Source: Hyphomicrobiales bacterium (GTDB lineage Bacteria > Pseudomonadota > Alphaproteobacteria > Rhizobiales > JAJFHB01). Taken from it: DNA of 27,772 bases. Of the stretch, positions 16,119 through 26,096 are shown one piece after another. How positions within the stretch are numbered: the first letter of the stretch is position 1; every line of letters starts with the position of its first letter. The translations under genes were made by a program, and so were the position numbers. The stretch is from the NCBI GenBank assembly GCA_051009775.1, contig JBPCWF010000778.1, positions 1 to 27,772 on the forward strand, given 5' to 3'. The notes under the pieces were generated by a model. That model was not told the DNA's origin and did no database searches. It saw only the letters and a list, made by a program, of their open reading frames with translations.

Positions 16119-17006
16119 ATGCCACTGACAAGCATGACTGGCTTTGCCCGCTCCGAAGGCGAACTCAATGGCACCCGGTGGCATTGGGAGGCCCGTTCCG
16201 TAAACGGCAAGTCGCTCGATGTCCGGCTGCGCATGCCGCCGGGCTTCGAACAACTCGAACCTGAGGTCAGGGCAGCCGTTTCGAAGCATCTCCGCCGCGG
16301 CAACTGCCAGCTTTCGCTTCAGGTCACGCGCGATTTCGCCGCGGGCGAACTGCGCATCAATCAGGCCGCTCTGGACAGCGTCCTCGCGGCGATTGAGAGT
16401 ATGGCCGGCAGGATCGAGGCGCAGGCGCCCAGTCTGGACGGGCTGCTGGCGATCAAGGGTGTTGTCGAGCTGAGCGACACGGACGAGGACGAGGAGACGG
16501 TTTCCGCGCGCAACGCCGCCATTCTGCGCGATCTGAATACAGCGCTTGCGGCACTGGCAGAGGCGCGCCGCGAAGAGGGACAACGGCTGGAGAGCGTCGT
16601 CGGCCAGCATGTCGACGCGATCGCGCTGCTGAGCGAGCAGGCGCGTGACTGTCCGGCGCGCAAGCCGGACGCGATCCGCGCCAGGCTCAAGGACCAGATC
16701 GAGCGGATTCTCGAGCAGTCATCCGCCTTCGATGAAGAGCGGTTGCACCAGGAAGCGGTTCTTCTGGCGGCCAAGGTCGATGTACAGGAAGAACTCGACC
16801 GGCTGTTCGCGCATGTGTCGGCGGCACGCGATCTGCTGGAAAAAGACGAGGCGGTCGGGCGCCGTCTGGATTTTCTGACCCAGGAGTTCAACCGCGAGGC
16901 CAACACCCTTTGCTCCAAGGCCAATGACCCCGCGCTGACGGGAATCGGCCTTGAGATGAAATCGGTGATCGATCAGATGCGCGAGCAGGTGCAGAACGTT
17001 GAGTGA
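16119..17006 (+). CDS. yicC: YicC/YloC family endoribonuclease
   Basis: SMTGFAR, EARSVNGKSLD, DVQEELDRL, GRRLDFLTQEFNREANTLCSK, IDQMREQVQNVE; adjacent to gmk. Confidence 0.95.
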   Translation: MPLTSMTGFARSEGELNGTRWHWEARSVNGKSLDVRLRMPPGFEQLEPEVRAAVSKHLRRGNCQLSLQVTRDFAAGELRINQAALDSVLAAIESMAGRIEAQAPSLDGLLAIKGVVELSDTDEDEETVSARNAAILRDLNTALAALAEARREEGQRLESVVGQHVDAIALLSEQARDCPARKPDAIRARLKDQIERILEQSSAFDEERLHQEAVLLAAKVDVQEELDRLFAHVSAARDLLEKDEAVGRRLDFLTQEFNREANTLCSKANDPALTGIGLEMKSVIDQMREQVQNVE

Positions 17007-17649
17007 CGCCCACCCGACGTCCCAAATCGACCGGCGCGGACTGATGCTCGTCCTGTCGTCGCCGTCGGGCGCCGGCAAGACCACACTGTCGCGCCGTCTG
17101 ATGGCCCGCGACCGAAACCTGGTCATGTCGGTCTCGGTGACGACCCGGCCGCCGCGGCCGGGCGAAAAAGACGGGTCGGACTACTATTTCCTGAGCGTGC
17201 AGGAATTCGACAGGCTGCTCGCCGAGGACGGGCTGCTCGAATGGGCAGAAGTGTTCGGCAACCGCTACGGGACACCCAGAAAACCGGTCGAGGAGGCTCT
17301 GGCCGAGGGCCGCGACATGCTGTTCGACATCGACTGGCAGGGCACCCAGCAGCTGGCCGGCAAGATGGCGGCCGACCTGGTGCGTATCTTCATTCTGCCG
17401 CCGACGGCGGAGGATCTGCGCCAGCGTCTGATCCAGCGCGCCGAGGATTCCTTCTCCGAGATCGCCAAACGCATGGCCGAGGCGGCGAGCGAGATCAGCC
17501 ACTGGGCGGAGTACGACTACGTGCTGATCAATGACGATCTCGAACGCTGCGATCGGGCGATCTCGTCGATTCTGCACGCCGAACGGCTGCGCCAGAACCG
17601 TCGGACAGGCCTGTCCGACTTCGTGCGCGGCCTTCAGGACAGCCTGTAA
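16999..17649 (+). CDS. gmk: Guanylate kinase
   Basis: SSPSGAGKTT P-loop, SVTTRPPRPGEKDGSDYYF, EWAEVFGNRYGT, DIDWQG. TTG start overlaps the yicC end. Confidence 0.97.
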   Translation: MSDAHPTSQIDRRGLMLVLSSPSGAGKTTLSRRLMARDRNLVMSVSVTTRPPRPGEKDGSDYYFLSVQEFDRLLAEDGLLEWAEVFGNRYGTPRKPVEEALAEGRDMLFDIDWQGTQQLAGKMAADLVRIFILPPTAEDLRQRLIQRAEDSFSEIAKRMAEAASEISHWAEYDYVLINDDLERCDRAISSILHAERLRQNRRTGLSDFVRGLQDSL

Positions 17650-17662
17650 CGCGCGGCGGTGC

Positions 17663-18709
17663 TCAGGGGGTGAGAACCACCCGCCCAAGGACATCTCCGT
17701 GCCGCAGATCGTCAAGCGACGTGTTCGCCTGATCGAGCGGCCTCAACTCCACCGGGATCGGCGCGACCTTGCCGGCACGCACGAGGTCGAGCATTTCTCG
17801 CGCCTCGTTGAGTGAGCCGACGAAGCTGCCGATGATCGACAGCGCCTGCAGCGGGAACATTGGCACGGGAATTGAGAACTTGCCGCCCAGAAGCCCGACA
17901 ACGACCACGGCGCCGCCCTTTCGCACAATGCCGTGCGCGAAGGTCAACGAGGCGGCCGCACCGACGAAGTCGACCGATGCCGCCACGCCGCCGGTGGCCT
18001 TGAGCACGGCCTTTCTGGCGCCGTCGTCGGCCGGGTCGAACACATGCGCGGCGCCTGCCTCGAGCGCGGCCTCCCGCTTGGCCGGATCGATATCGGCGGC
18101 CAGGATCTCGGTGTCGTAGAGCGCCCGTGCGAATTGCAGGCCCATCATCCCGACGCCGCCCAGCCCGACGATCATCAGCGGGCCTTCGGCGCAATGCGGC
18201 GCCACTTTCTTCAGGGCGCTGTAGGCGGTGAGGCCGGAGCACATATAGCTGCCCGCAAGCGTCGGATCGAGCCCCTGTGTGCTCATCAGGCATCGCGGAT
18301 GCGGCACCAGCACATGGGTTGCATAGCCGCCGTCGACGGTGATGCCCAGATGGTTGGTCACGTCGCACAGATGCTCGTCGCCGCGCAGGCACAAGGTGCA
18401 GGCGCCGCAGCCGATCCACGGGTAGACGGCGTAGTGCTGGCCGAGCTCGATGCCCGTCACATCCGGGCCCACGGCCTCCACGGTGCCGGCAATCTCGTGG
18501 CCGAGCGTGAACGGCAGTTCCCGTCCGGCGCGGACGTCCAGCTGCCTGCCGTCGCCCAGATCGAAATGACCGTCATGTATATGGATGTCGCTGTGGCATA
18601 CGCCGCAATGGCTGACGCGCACCACCACCTCGCTGCCCTCGGGCGTCGGCGTGTCGGCATCGGTTTCGGTCAGCGGCTCCCCGTATTCCACCATGGACTG
18701 GCGTTTCAT
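17663..18709 (-). CDS. Zinc-dependent NAD(H) alcohol dehydrogenase (MDR superfamily)
   Basis: GVCHSD, LGHE, structural zinc motif CGACTLC...C, CSGLTAY, GLGGVG followed by ADID (Asp suggests NAD). AGGAG lies 7 nt upstream of the ATG. Substrate unknown. Confidence 0.9.
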   Translation of the reverse strand: MKRQSMVEYGEPLTETDADTPTPEGSEVVVRVSHCGVCHSDIHIHDGHFDLGDGRQLDVRAGRELPFTLGHEIAGTVEAVGPDVTGIELGQHYAVYPWIGCGACTLCLRGDEHLCDVTNHLGITVDGGYATHVLVPHPRCLMSTQGLDPTLAGSYMCSGLTAYSALKKVAPHCAEGPLMIVGLGGVGMMGLQFARALYDTEILAADIDPAKREAALEAGAAHVFDPADDGARKAVLKATGGVAASVDFVGAAASLTFAHGIVRKGGAVVVVGLLGGKFSIPVPMFPLQALSIIGSFVGSLNEAREMLDLVRAGKVAPIPVELRPLDQANTSLDDLRHGDVLGRVVLTP

Positions 18710-18732
18710 TTTTTTCTCCTCGTTTTGATCGT

Positions 18733-19584
18733 TCAGTCCTTATCACGTTCGATCTGTTCAAGACAGGCGGCCAGACGGCAAAATCCGGCAATATCGACCT
18801 GCTCGGCGCGTTCGGTCTGCGCAATGCCGGCGGCGTCCAGGAGGGCCACGGGGTCGGTGCCGAGCGCCTTGAGGCTCGAGCGCAGCATCTTGCGTCTCTG
18901 GCCGAACGCGGCCGCCGTTACCCGTTCCAGGTCGCGCAGCCGGCATCCGGGCCCGGGCTCCGGTTTGGGCGTGAGCCGGACCAGGCTGGACATCACCTTG
19001 GGCACCGGCGTGAAGGCGCGGCGGTCGATGTCGAACATCCGGCTCACATCCGCCCGCCACTGCGCCAGCACACTGAGCCGGCCATAGGCCTTGCCGCCCG
19101 CCGCGGACGCCAGCCGGTCTGCGACCTCGCGCTGAAACATGAGCGTCATGGAGCGGTACCACGGCGGCCACGGCTCGACCGTCAGCCACCGTGTGACCAG
19201 CGCGGTCGCGATGTTGTAGGGCAGGTTGGCGACGATGCAGGTGTCGCCGTCGGCATAGTGCGAGAGATCGAGGCCCAGCGCGTCGCCCTCTACGATCTCC
19301 AGATGTCCGGGCCAGGCGCCGGCGATCTCTTCCAGGGCAGGCAGGCATCTGCGGTCCTGTTCGACCGCAATCACCCTGCGCGCGCCGTTGTCGAGCAGGC
19401 TTCTCGTCAACCCGCCAGGCCCCGGGCCGACTTCGATCACGCACATGCCGTCAAGCGGTCCCGCGGCGCGGGCGATCTTGTCGGTCAGGTTCAGATCGAG
19501 CAGGAAGTTCTGACCCAGCCGCTTGCGCGCGCCGAGATCGTAGCGCCTGATCACGTCGCGCAGCGGGGGCAGGCGGCCGGTCAC
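18733..19584 (-). CDS. rsmA: 16S rRNA m6,2A1518/1519 dimethyltransferase
   Basis: [56 protein letters not shown]. Confidence 0.97.
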   Translation of the reverse strand: MTGRLPPLRDVIRRYDLGARKRLGQNFLLDLNLTDKIARAAGPLDGMCVIEVGPGPGGLTRSLLDNGARRVIAVEQDRRCLPALEEIAGAWPGHLEIVEGDALGLDLSHYADGDTCIVANLPYNIATALVTRWLTVEPWPPWYRSMTLMFQREVADRLASAAGGKAYGRLSVLAQWRADVSRMFDIDRRAFTPVPKVMSSLVRLTPKPEPGPGCRLRDLERVTAAAFGQRRKMLRSSLKALGTDPVALLDAAGIAQTERAEQVDIAGFCRLAACLEQIERDKD

Positions 19585-19588
19585 CCGA

Positions 19589-20599
19589 TCAGGCCGTGCG
19601 GCCGTGGGCCGCCATCCTTGCAGCCATCTCCAGCGCGGCGATCAGGCTTCTGGCATCGGCCAGGCCGCGCCCGGCAATATCCAGCGCCGTGCCATGATCG
19701 GGCGAGGTGCGCACGAAGGGAAGGCCGAGGGTGCAGTTGACGCCTTCCTCGAAGCCGACCGTCTTGACCGGGATCAGCGCCTGATCGTGATACATGCACA
19801 GGGCCGCATCGTAGCGCGTGCGCGCCTTTGCATGGAACATGCTGTCGGCCGGCAGCGGGCCCGCGACATCGATGCCGGCGGCCTTCAGCCGCGCGATGGC
19901 GGGAGCGATAATGGTCGCCTCCTCGGTCCCCATCGTGCCGTCCTCGCCCGCATGGGGGTTGAGGCCGGAGATCGCAAGGCGGGGCCGGTTCAGGCCGAAG
20001 AAGCGGCCCAGGTCGGCGTTCACGATCGTCGCCGTTTCGACGATGAGGTCGGCCGTCAGGGCGGCGATCGCGCAGGCCAGGGACATGTGGATGGTGATCG
20101 GCACGGTCCGGAAACCACCGACCGCCAGCATCATGACGGGCGTCGCGCCGCCGCCTGCAAGTTCGGCCAGGAACTCGGTGTGGCCAGGATGCGCGAAGCC
20201 GGCGGCGTAAAGCGCGGATTTGTGGATCGGGCAGGTGACCACACCGCCGGCGGATCCGTCCGCGGCCATCTTGACGGCCAGTTCGATGGCGCCGATGGTG
20301 CCCGAGGCGTTGGCCGGGGACGGCGTGCCCGGTTTGGCCGGTTCGGCGAGTTCCACGCGCCTGACCGGCAGGGCGTCCGCCCAGCAGGCGATCGCCGTGT
20401 CGGCGCAGTCTGTCTCGTTCACCGTCAGGTCGAACCCGAGCGTCGTCGCGGCATCATGCAGGGGTGACGGATCGCCAACATAGATGAATGGGGGAATGGC
20501 CTGCCTGTGCCGTGCGTTCCACGCTTTGAGCGCGATTTCAGGCCCGATGCCCGACGGCTCGCCCATTGTGAGGGCCAATGGAACGCTGGAGGCTGACAT
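19589..20599 (-). CDS. pdxA: 4-hydroxythreonine-4-phosphate dehydrogenase
   Basis: [59 protein letters not shown]. Confidence 0.97.
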   Translation of the reverse strand: MSASSVPLALTMGEPSGIGPEIALKAWNARHRQAIPPFIYVGDPSPLHDAATTLGFDLTVNETDCADTAIACWADALPVRRVELAEPAKPGTPSPANASGTIGAIELAVKMAADGSAGGVVTCPIHKSALYAAGFAHPGHTEFLAELAGGGATPVMMLAVGGFRTVPITIHMSLACAIAALTADLIVETATIVNADLGRFFGLNRPRLAISGLNPHAGEDGTMGTEEATIIAPAIARLKAAGIDVAGPLPADSMFHAKARTRYDAALCMYHDQALIPVKTVGFEEGVNCTLGLPFVRTSPDHGTALDIAGRGLADARSLIAALEMAARMAAHGRTA

Positions 20600-20614
20600 G
20601 ACTTGGGCGGGTCC

Positions 20615-21619
20615 TTAAGACCGCAGGCCGTCATCCTTGTATTCAATCACCGCGTCGCGCCTCAGGTCGGACAGAAACTGCGCGCCGATCCTGTCGAACT
20701 TCCGGTACAGCAACTGCTGCTCGACGGATTCCTTAGTGATCTTCGGCGCCTCGACGACCTTGCGCTCGCAATAGGCGATGATGATGATGCCCTGCGGCGC
20801 AGGGCCGGGGCCGACGGCTCTGCCCGGACCCGCCCTGTCGAGCGCCTTTCTCAGGTCCTTGGGCACCGATTCACTCGGCACGGTCTGCGAGCGCTGGAGC
20901 TTGACGTCGAATATGCCAGAGGCCGCCTGTTTCGCGCGGCTGCATCCCTTGAAACGCTTGATGATCCGGTGGGCCTCGGTCAACCGCGTGCGGCGAAGGG
21001 CCTCCGTCGCGTTCTTCTGCAGAGGCAGTATGATCCGCTTCAGCACGTAGAATTTCTGGGATTTGCCCGGGTTCGCCGCGACACGCTGATACTCGCGGTC
21101 AACGTCGGCCGTTTCGACCTGGATGCGCCGGCCGAAGCGGGCCTGAACCACGCGCCGCCAGGACAATGAGGACTCGATCTCTTTCTTGATCGTGCTGACC
21201 GCGACGCCGCCGGACTTGAGACGCGACGTCCAGGCCTGCTGGGTGATACCCGCCCGACTCGCCATGTTGGTCAAGCTGCGCTCGACATCATTCGGCTTGA
21301 CGGTCAGCTTGAGCCGCTTCGCTTCCTGGCGCTTTAATGTGTTTTCCACCAGCTGCTTAAGCGCCGCCTTGCGCTGCTGCTGAGCGCTGCCTCTGGCGCT
21401 GCTCAGGGTCTTGTTCATTTTGACCCGCTGAGACAGGTCGTATTCCGATATCGGTTCGTCATTGACGATCGCGATAAGCCGGCCGGACCCTTGTGCCAAG
21501 AGAGGGGCGGTGCCGGCGGGCGCGACCAGCATCAGCAGGCCGAGACAGACGATGGCAAGCCGGCCGTAGGGGCCGAGTGCGGATTGGGTTGCGGAGGGGA
21601 ATGGCAGGTTCATGTTCAT
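20615..21619 (-). CDS. surA: SurA-like periplasmic chaperone (SurA N-terminal domain plus degenerate rotamase region)
   Basis: Signal-like hydrophobic segment, IAIVNDEPISEYDL, C-terminal LSDLRRDAVIEYK, position between lptD and pdxA. Start uncertain (21619 or 21613). Confidence 0.75.
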   Translation of the reverse strand: MNMNLPFPSATQSALGPYGRLAIVCLGLLMLVAPAGTAPLLAQGSGRLIAIVNDEPISEYDLSQRVKMNKTLSSARGSAQQQRKAALKQLVENTLKRQEAKRLKLTVKPNDVERSLTNMASRAGITQQAWTSRLKSGGVAVSTIKKEIESSLSWRRVVQARFGRRIQVETADVDREYQRVAANPGKSQKFYVLKRIILPLQKNATEALRRTRLTEAHRIIKRFKGCSRAKQAASGIFDVKLQRSQTVPSESVPKDLRKALDRAGPGRAVGPGPAPQGIIIIAYCERKVVEAPKITKESVEQQLLYRKFDRIGAQFLSDLRRDAVIEYKDDGLRS

Positions 21620-21689
21620 CTTATCAACATAGCCGTAAAGACGATTATTCGTCGGTCGGGGCGAGGCCGGGCCGGCGGGCATAGATACC

Positions 21690-23969
21690 CTAATCCAGGT
21701 TCGTCCCGACTCTGGCGCCGCCCAAGGTTTTGAAAACCACATTGAACGTCAGGCTCTGATCTGCGACCGCGTCCCGGTCGCTGGTGAAGTTCTCCGAATA
21801 TATGATCTCCGCGGTGAAGCAGTCACAGTTGAACCGCAAGCCGATGATGTTCTTGATTTGCTGATCCGTCTCGATGTCATAGCGGAGACCGCCGAAAACA
21901 TCCCACGTCTCATCGAGCGCAAGGGTGGCGAACGCGGTGACCTGTTCCTGCGGCGCGCGTCCGAAGCCCGGTGTCGGTTCGAGGGCCGATGCCTCGATGT
22001 CCGTATATGTTGCGGCGACATCGAACGGTCCGACATGAGCCTGGACGCTGATATCATGGCGCTGAACATCCAGCGTTCTCTCATCGAACCTTATGAGAGA
22101 GGTGAACATGAGACTTTCGATCGGCTGCAGTGCGACAGAGGCGACGAAATCGGATCTGTTCGTCTCGAGACCGGTCCCAAGCGCGGTGTCAAAGCTGTTT
22201 TCTCCGGCGATGTGAAAGGTCTCGCCGAAGCTTGTCCGGACAAATGCGCCGGTGTCGAAAAGCATGGTGTAGTTGAAGCCGACATTCGCCCGCGTGCCGC
22301 CCTCGTAGCGGTCGATGCCGGTGAACTTGCTGCTGAGAAACAGGTTGGTGGTATCGAACTCAAACTGGACGCTGTCGTCATTCGGCAGGCCGTCGGTATC
22401 TGATTCGTCGGCCGCGGCGATCAACTGACCGACCGGCTCGAACACGTGCTGCACACCGTTTGTCTGGTTTACGAACGGCCATCTGAAATCGAGCCCGGCG
22501 CGCGGCAGCACGCGGCCGATGGTCTCGCTGTCGCGAAAGCCGCCGGGCACGGTCACGTCGGGCACGTTGTCGACCACGTAGACGTCGCCACGCACGCCGA
22601 CGAAGGGCGTGACCACATGGCCATAGCTGTTGACCATGCGGCGCTGCCAGTGGACGTCGGTGCTAACTCTGGCGGAATCCGCGCCGAGGTCGCGGATAAG
22701 ATTGAAGATACGGGTGTCGAAGCCCAACTCACCGCCGAGGATGGGGTCGGCATAGGTGTAGCTGTGACGGATGAACGGCAGTGCCTGGGCGGCGGTGCTG
22801 TTGTCGTCGGATTCCAGCAGTCCCCGGAAGTGATACCCCTTGGCCGTGAAGTAGTTTCGATCCTGAATGCCGTCGACATAGACCTGTGACACCAGATCGG
22901 TGCGGTCGTCGATGTCGTAGCGCCGCATGAACGTATCGTCCGATGTGGCGGTGACGTCCCACCCCCATTGCCAGTTTCTGGAGACGTCGAAATGACCCTC
23001 GGTGCGCACGCTGCCGCGCCAGCGTGTGTCGCCCGGCGGACGAATATCGGTATCGAGCTGATAGATGCCCGCCAGATCCACCTTGTAGGAGCCGTCGGAC
23101 AGGCGGTGCCTCCAGTCGGCCTGGCCGAGCACGCCCTGTCTCGTGGTCACCACGGGACGCAGCGTGACGTCGTAGTTCGGCGCCAGGTTCCAGAAATAGG
23201 GAATCTCCATACCGAAGCCGTAGACGCCGGATGACTGGTAGCTCGGCGTGAGGAAGCCCGAACGCTTGTTCACGGTCGGGTCGGCGTGGGAGAACTCCGG
23301 GAGCCACAGCACCGGCGTGCCGAAGATCTCGAAGGTCATGTCTTCGTGGTAGATCGTGCCTTCGTCCTGGACATGCCGCGCCCGCTTGGAGCGGATCTGC
23401 CACAGCGGGTCGTTGTCCTTGTCGACGCAGTCGTTGCAGCGCGAGTAGACCACGTTGTCGAAGACCTGGACATTTCCGTCCCGGCGCACACCGCGGTCCG
23501 CGGTCAACCATGCCTGGTTCGTGAACATGATCCTGAGATAGTCCACGAAGCCCTTGCGGAAGCGGTCGCTGAGCTGGACCTTCTTGGCGCGCACCACATT
23601 GCCGTTGGGCTCGCGGAAATAAACGTCGCCCTCGGCCGTCAGCTTGTCCGAGCGCGGGTCGTAGATGACCTTGTCGGCAATCAGCTTGTACGGGCCGAAG
23701 TCGATGATCACGTCGCCCGACGCGACCGCGATGCCGGTGTCGCGGTAATGGGTCAGCCGGTCGGAGCGAACCTTGATCGGCGCGTTCTTGCCGGGATTTT
23801 TGGTAACCGGTTTGACGAAATCGTCCTGGTTGTCCTCGTCGTGAAATGCGAGCGCCCCAGGAAGCGGCAGCAGCAGTAAGACACCCAGAAGCAGCAGGGC
23901 GGCAGCCGACCATGATCGCCGGTGGGCACCGGGATGTCGCCGCCTGACTTGGTGAATGTCTGCCACCAT
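21690..23969 (-). CDS. lptD: LPS-assembly outer membrane protein LptD
   Basis: Signal peptide, OstA-like beta-jellyroll region, YSRC..C, PLWQIRS, DPTVNKRSGFL, PYFWNLAPNYD, C-terminal CDCF and beta-strand end. Start uncertain; ATG 23969 chosen. Confidence 0.93.
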   Translation of the reverse strand: MVADIHQVRRRHPGAHRRSWSAAALLLLGVLLLLPLPGALAFHDEDNQDDFVKPVTKNPGKNAPIKVRSDRLTHYRDTGIAVASGDVIIDFGPYKLIADKVIYDPRSDKLTAEGDVYFREPNGNVVRAKKVQLSDRFRKGFVDYLRIMFTNQAWLTADRGVRRDGNVQVFDNVVYSRCNDCVDKDNDPLWQIRSKRARHVQDEGTIYHEDMTFEIFGTPVLWLPEFSHADPTVNKRSGFLTPSYQSSGVYGFGMEIPYFWNLAPNYDVTLRPVVTTRQGVLGQADWRHRLSDGSYKVDLAGIYQLDTDIRPPGDTRWRGSVRTEGHFDVSRNWQWGWDVTATSDDTFMRRYDIDDRTDLVSQVYVDGIQDRNYFTAKGYHFRGLLESDDNSTAAQALPFIRHSYTYADPILGGELGFDTRIFNLIRDLGADSARVSTDVHWQRRMVNSYGHVVTPFVGVRGDVYVVDNVPDVTVPGGFRDSETIGRVLPRAGLDFRWPFVNQTNGVQHVFEPVGQLIAAADESDTDGLPNDDSVQFEFDTTNLFLSSKFTGIDRYEGGTRANVGFNYTMLFDTGAFVRTSFGETFHIAGENSFDTALGTGLETNRSDFVASVALQPIESLMFTSLIRFDERTLDVQRHDISVQAHVGPFDVAATYTDIEASALEPTPGFGRAPQEQVTAFATLALDETWDVFGGLRYDIETDQQIKNIIGLRFNCDCFTAEIIYSENFTSDRDAVADQSLTFNVVFKTLGGARVGTNLD

Positions 23970-24326
23970 CAAAACAGCGCTGGCCCTGCCTGGCTCAGCT
24001 TCCCCCTTCTGGTCTTCAGCAACGCCAAAAAGCACACCTCGCGGACTTGGTTTGAAGGCCTGCCATTTCAAAAATACGAACGGGGCCGACACTGCACCAC
24101 CATTGCCGGCAGGAACCCGCCCGGGACTCACACGTTTCCGGCCCGCCTGAGCCAACCCCACAGACGGCACCTCAACGTGCGCACTCTAGCCTGAGTTGGT
24201 CCGGCAAGGCTAGTAGATTTCATGGACTTTTGGACCCTGAATGCCGTTGATTGGCTTGGATTTTTCGAATTTTCCTTAAGCGCTGTAAATGTGGCCGTTG
24301 CAAGACCGAATAGGGGTAATGTCGGA

Positions 24327-24372
24327 GCGAATCAGCCGCCCGATGACAAGCTGTCGTGACGCGCTGATTCGC
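24327..24372. other. Long hairpin in the lptD/pepA divergent intergenic region
   Basis: GCGAATCAGC (24327-24336) and GCTGATTCGC (24363-24372) form a perfect 10-bp inverted repeat enclosing the inner stem ATGACA-AGC-TGTCGT. Confidence 0.45.
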
Positions 24373-24596
24373 GGCAAGGTTGGCGCCCGTCTCCTGCGCT
24401 CGTTCGGCGTCTCGCGGACTTGTCGGAGCCGGCCGGCAAACCGGTTCCGGGCCGGTGCACGCGGCCGTGAGTTGATCCTGCGTGGCGTTGTCTATATTAC
24501 AGCGTGTTTCATTCAGGGCCACCTGCCGCCGGCGCGCGCATTGCCGGAGATAACCGAAGCGGCGGCACATCCCGGACAAGCGGAAAGAGGCGTTTC

Positions 24597-26093
24597 ATGG
24601 ATATCAAGTTTGCGGGTTTATCGGCTCCGAAGAACGGCGCCCTGGCGCTGACCGTTGCGGAAGAGGCCGCGCTGGGCGGTTTCGGTTCGGATCTCGACGC
24701 CATGACCGGAGGCCATCTCACGCGGGCAATGGATCTGGCGGAGTTCAAGGGCAAGCGCGACAGCGTTCTCGAACTGGTGGCGCCGTCGGGCGTTGATCTC
24801 GAACGTCTTTTCCTGGTCGGCATCGGAGATCCGAAAGAGCTCGGGGCATATGATCTGGAAAAGCTCGGCGGCGCGATCGCCGGAAGGTCGGGCGGCGTCA
24901 AGTCGAAGAAGCTCGCGCTCGCCGTCGACAGCCATGACGGTTGCGCGGTGACGCCGGCACAAGCGGCGGCGCTCATGGCGTCGGGTTTCAAGCTGCGCAG
25001 TTATGTGTTCGACAAATACAAGTCGAAAGCGTCGGACAAGAACGGCAACAACAAGCCTTTGGCCGCCGTCACCGTGCTCACGGAACAGGCGGCCGCGGCG
25101 CGCAGGGCGTTTGCCGATCTGGGGGCCATCGCGGACGGCGTCCATCTGGCTCGCGACCTGGTCAACGAGCCCGCCAATATTCTTTATCCCGACGAGTTCG
25201 CCAAGCGCGCCAAGAAGCTCACCAAGCTCGGCGCCAAGGTTGACGTGCTGACCGAAAAGGACATGGAGAAGCTTGAAATGCATGCGCTTCTCGGGGTCGG
25301 TCAGGGCTCGGTGCGCGACAGCCGTCTGGCGGTGATGCACTGGATGGGCGGCAAGAAGGGCGAGGCGCCGGTTGCTTTTGTCGGCAAGGGCGTGACCTTC
25401 GACACCGGCGGCATATCCCTCAAACCCGGCGCCGGCATGGGCGACATGAAGGGAGATATGGGCGGTGCGGCCTGCGTCACCGGGCTGATGCACGCGCTCG
25501 CCGCGCGCAAGGCCAAAGTCAACGCCATCGGGGTCATCGGCCTGGTCGAAAACATGCCCGATGCCGCCGCCCAGCGGCCCGGCGACATCGTCGGCTCCAT
25601 GTCGACGCAGACCATCGAGATCCTCAACACGGATGCCGAAGGGCGTCTCGTGCTCGCCGATGCGCTGTGGTACACACAGGACAAGTTCAAGCCGAAATTC
25701 ATGATCGATCTGGCGACCCTGACCGGCGCCATCCTGGTTGCGCTCGGCAAGGAACATGCCGGCATCTTCTCGAACGATGACGATCTCGCCGGCCAGCTTT
25801 ACGAGGCCGGCCAGGCGACCGGCGAGAAGGTCTGGCGTCTGCCCCTCGGCAAGGCCTATGACAAGCTGATCGACACGCCCAACGCCGACATGAAGAACAT
25901 CGGAGGCCGCAATGCCGGCTCGATCACCGCGGCCCAGTTCCTCCAGCGTTTCGTCAACGACGTCCCGTGGGTGCATATCGATATCGCCGGAACGGCGATG
26001 GAGTCGCCCAAGACCGAGATCAGCCAGGGCTGGGCGTCGGGCTATGGCGTGCGCCTGCTCAACCGGCTGGTGGCGGACAACTTTGAGGGCTGA
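24597..26093 (+). CDS. pepA: Leucyl aminopeptidase (M17 family)
   Basis: [62 protein letters not shown]. Start reassigned to ATG 24597. Confidence 0.97.
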   Translation: MDIKFAGLSAPKNGALALTVAEEAALGGFGSDLDAMTGGHLTRAMDLAEFKGKRDSVLELVAPSGVDLERLFLVGIGDPKELGAYDLEKLGGAIAGRSGGVKSKKLALAVDSHDGCAVTPAQAAALMASGFKLRSYVFDKYKSKASDKNGNNKPLAAVTVLTEQAAAARRAFADLGAIADGVHLARDLVNEPANILYPDEFAKRAKKLTKLGAKVDVLTEKDMEKLEMHALLGVGQGSVRDSRLAVMHWMGGKKGEAPVAFVGKGVTFDTGGISLKPGAGMGDMKGDMGGAACVTGLMHALAARKAKVNAIGVIGLVENMPDAAAQRPGDIVGSMSTQTIEILNTDAEGRLVLADALWYTQDKFKPKFMIDLATLTGAILVALGKEHAGIFSNDDDLAGQLYEAGQATGEKVWRLPLGKAYDKLIDTPNADMKNIGGRNAGSITAAQFLQRFVNDVPWVHIDIAGTAMESPKTEISQGWASGYGVRLLNRLVADNFEG

Positions 26094-26096
26094 GCC

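Noticed and set aside
23910-23945. Arg-Arg pairs in the LptD signal peptide as a Tat motif
   Set aside because: They do not match S/T-R-R-x-F-L-K, and beta-barrel outer membrane proteins use Sec.
23970-24170. Upstream extension of the lptD ORF as a riboswitch or an lptG remnant
   Set aside because: No complete cobalamin, TPP or glycine riboswitch core motifs, and only faint, non-significant resemblance to an LptG C-terminus.
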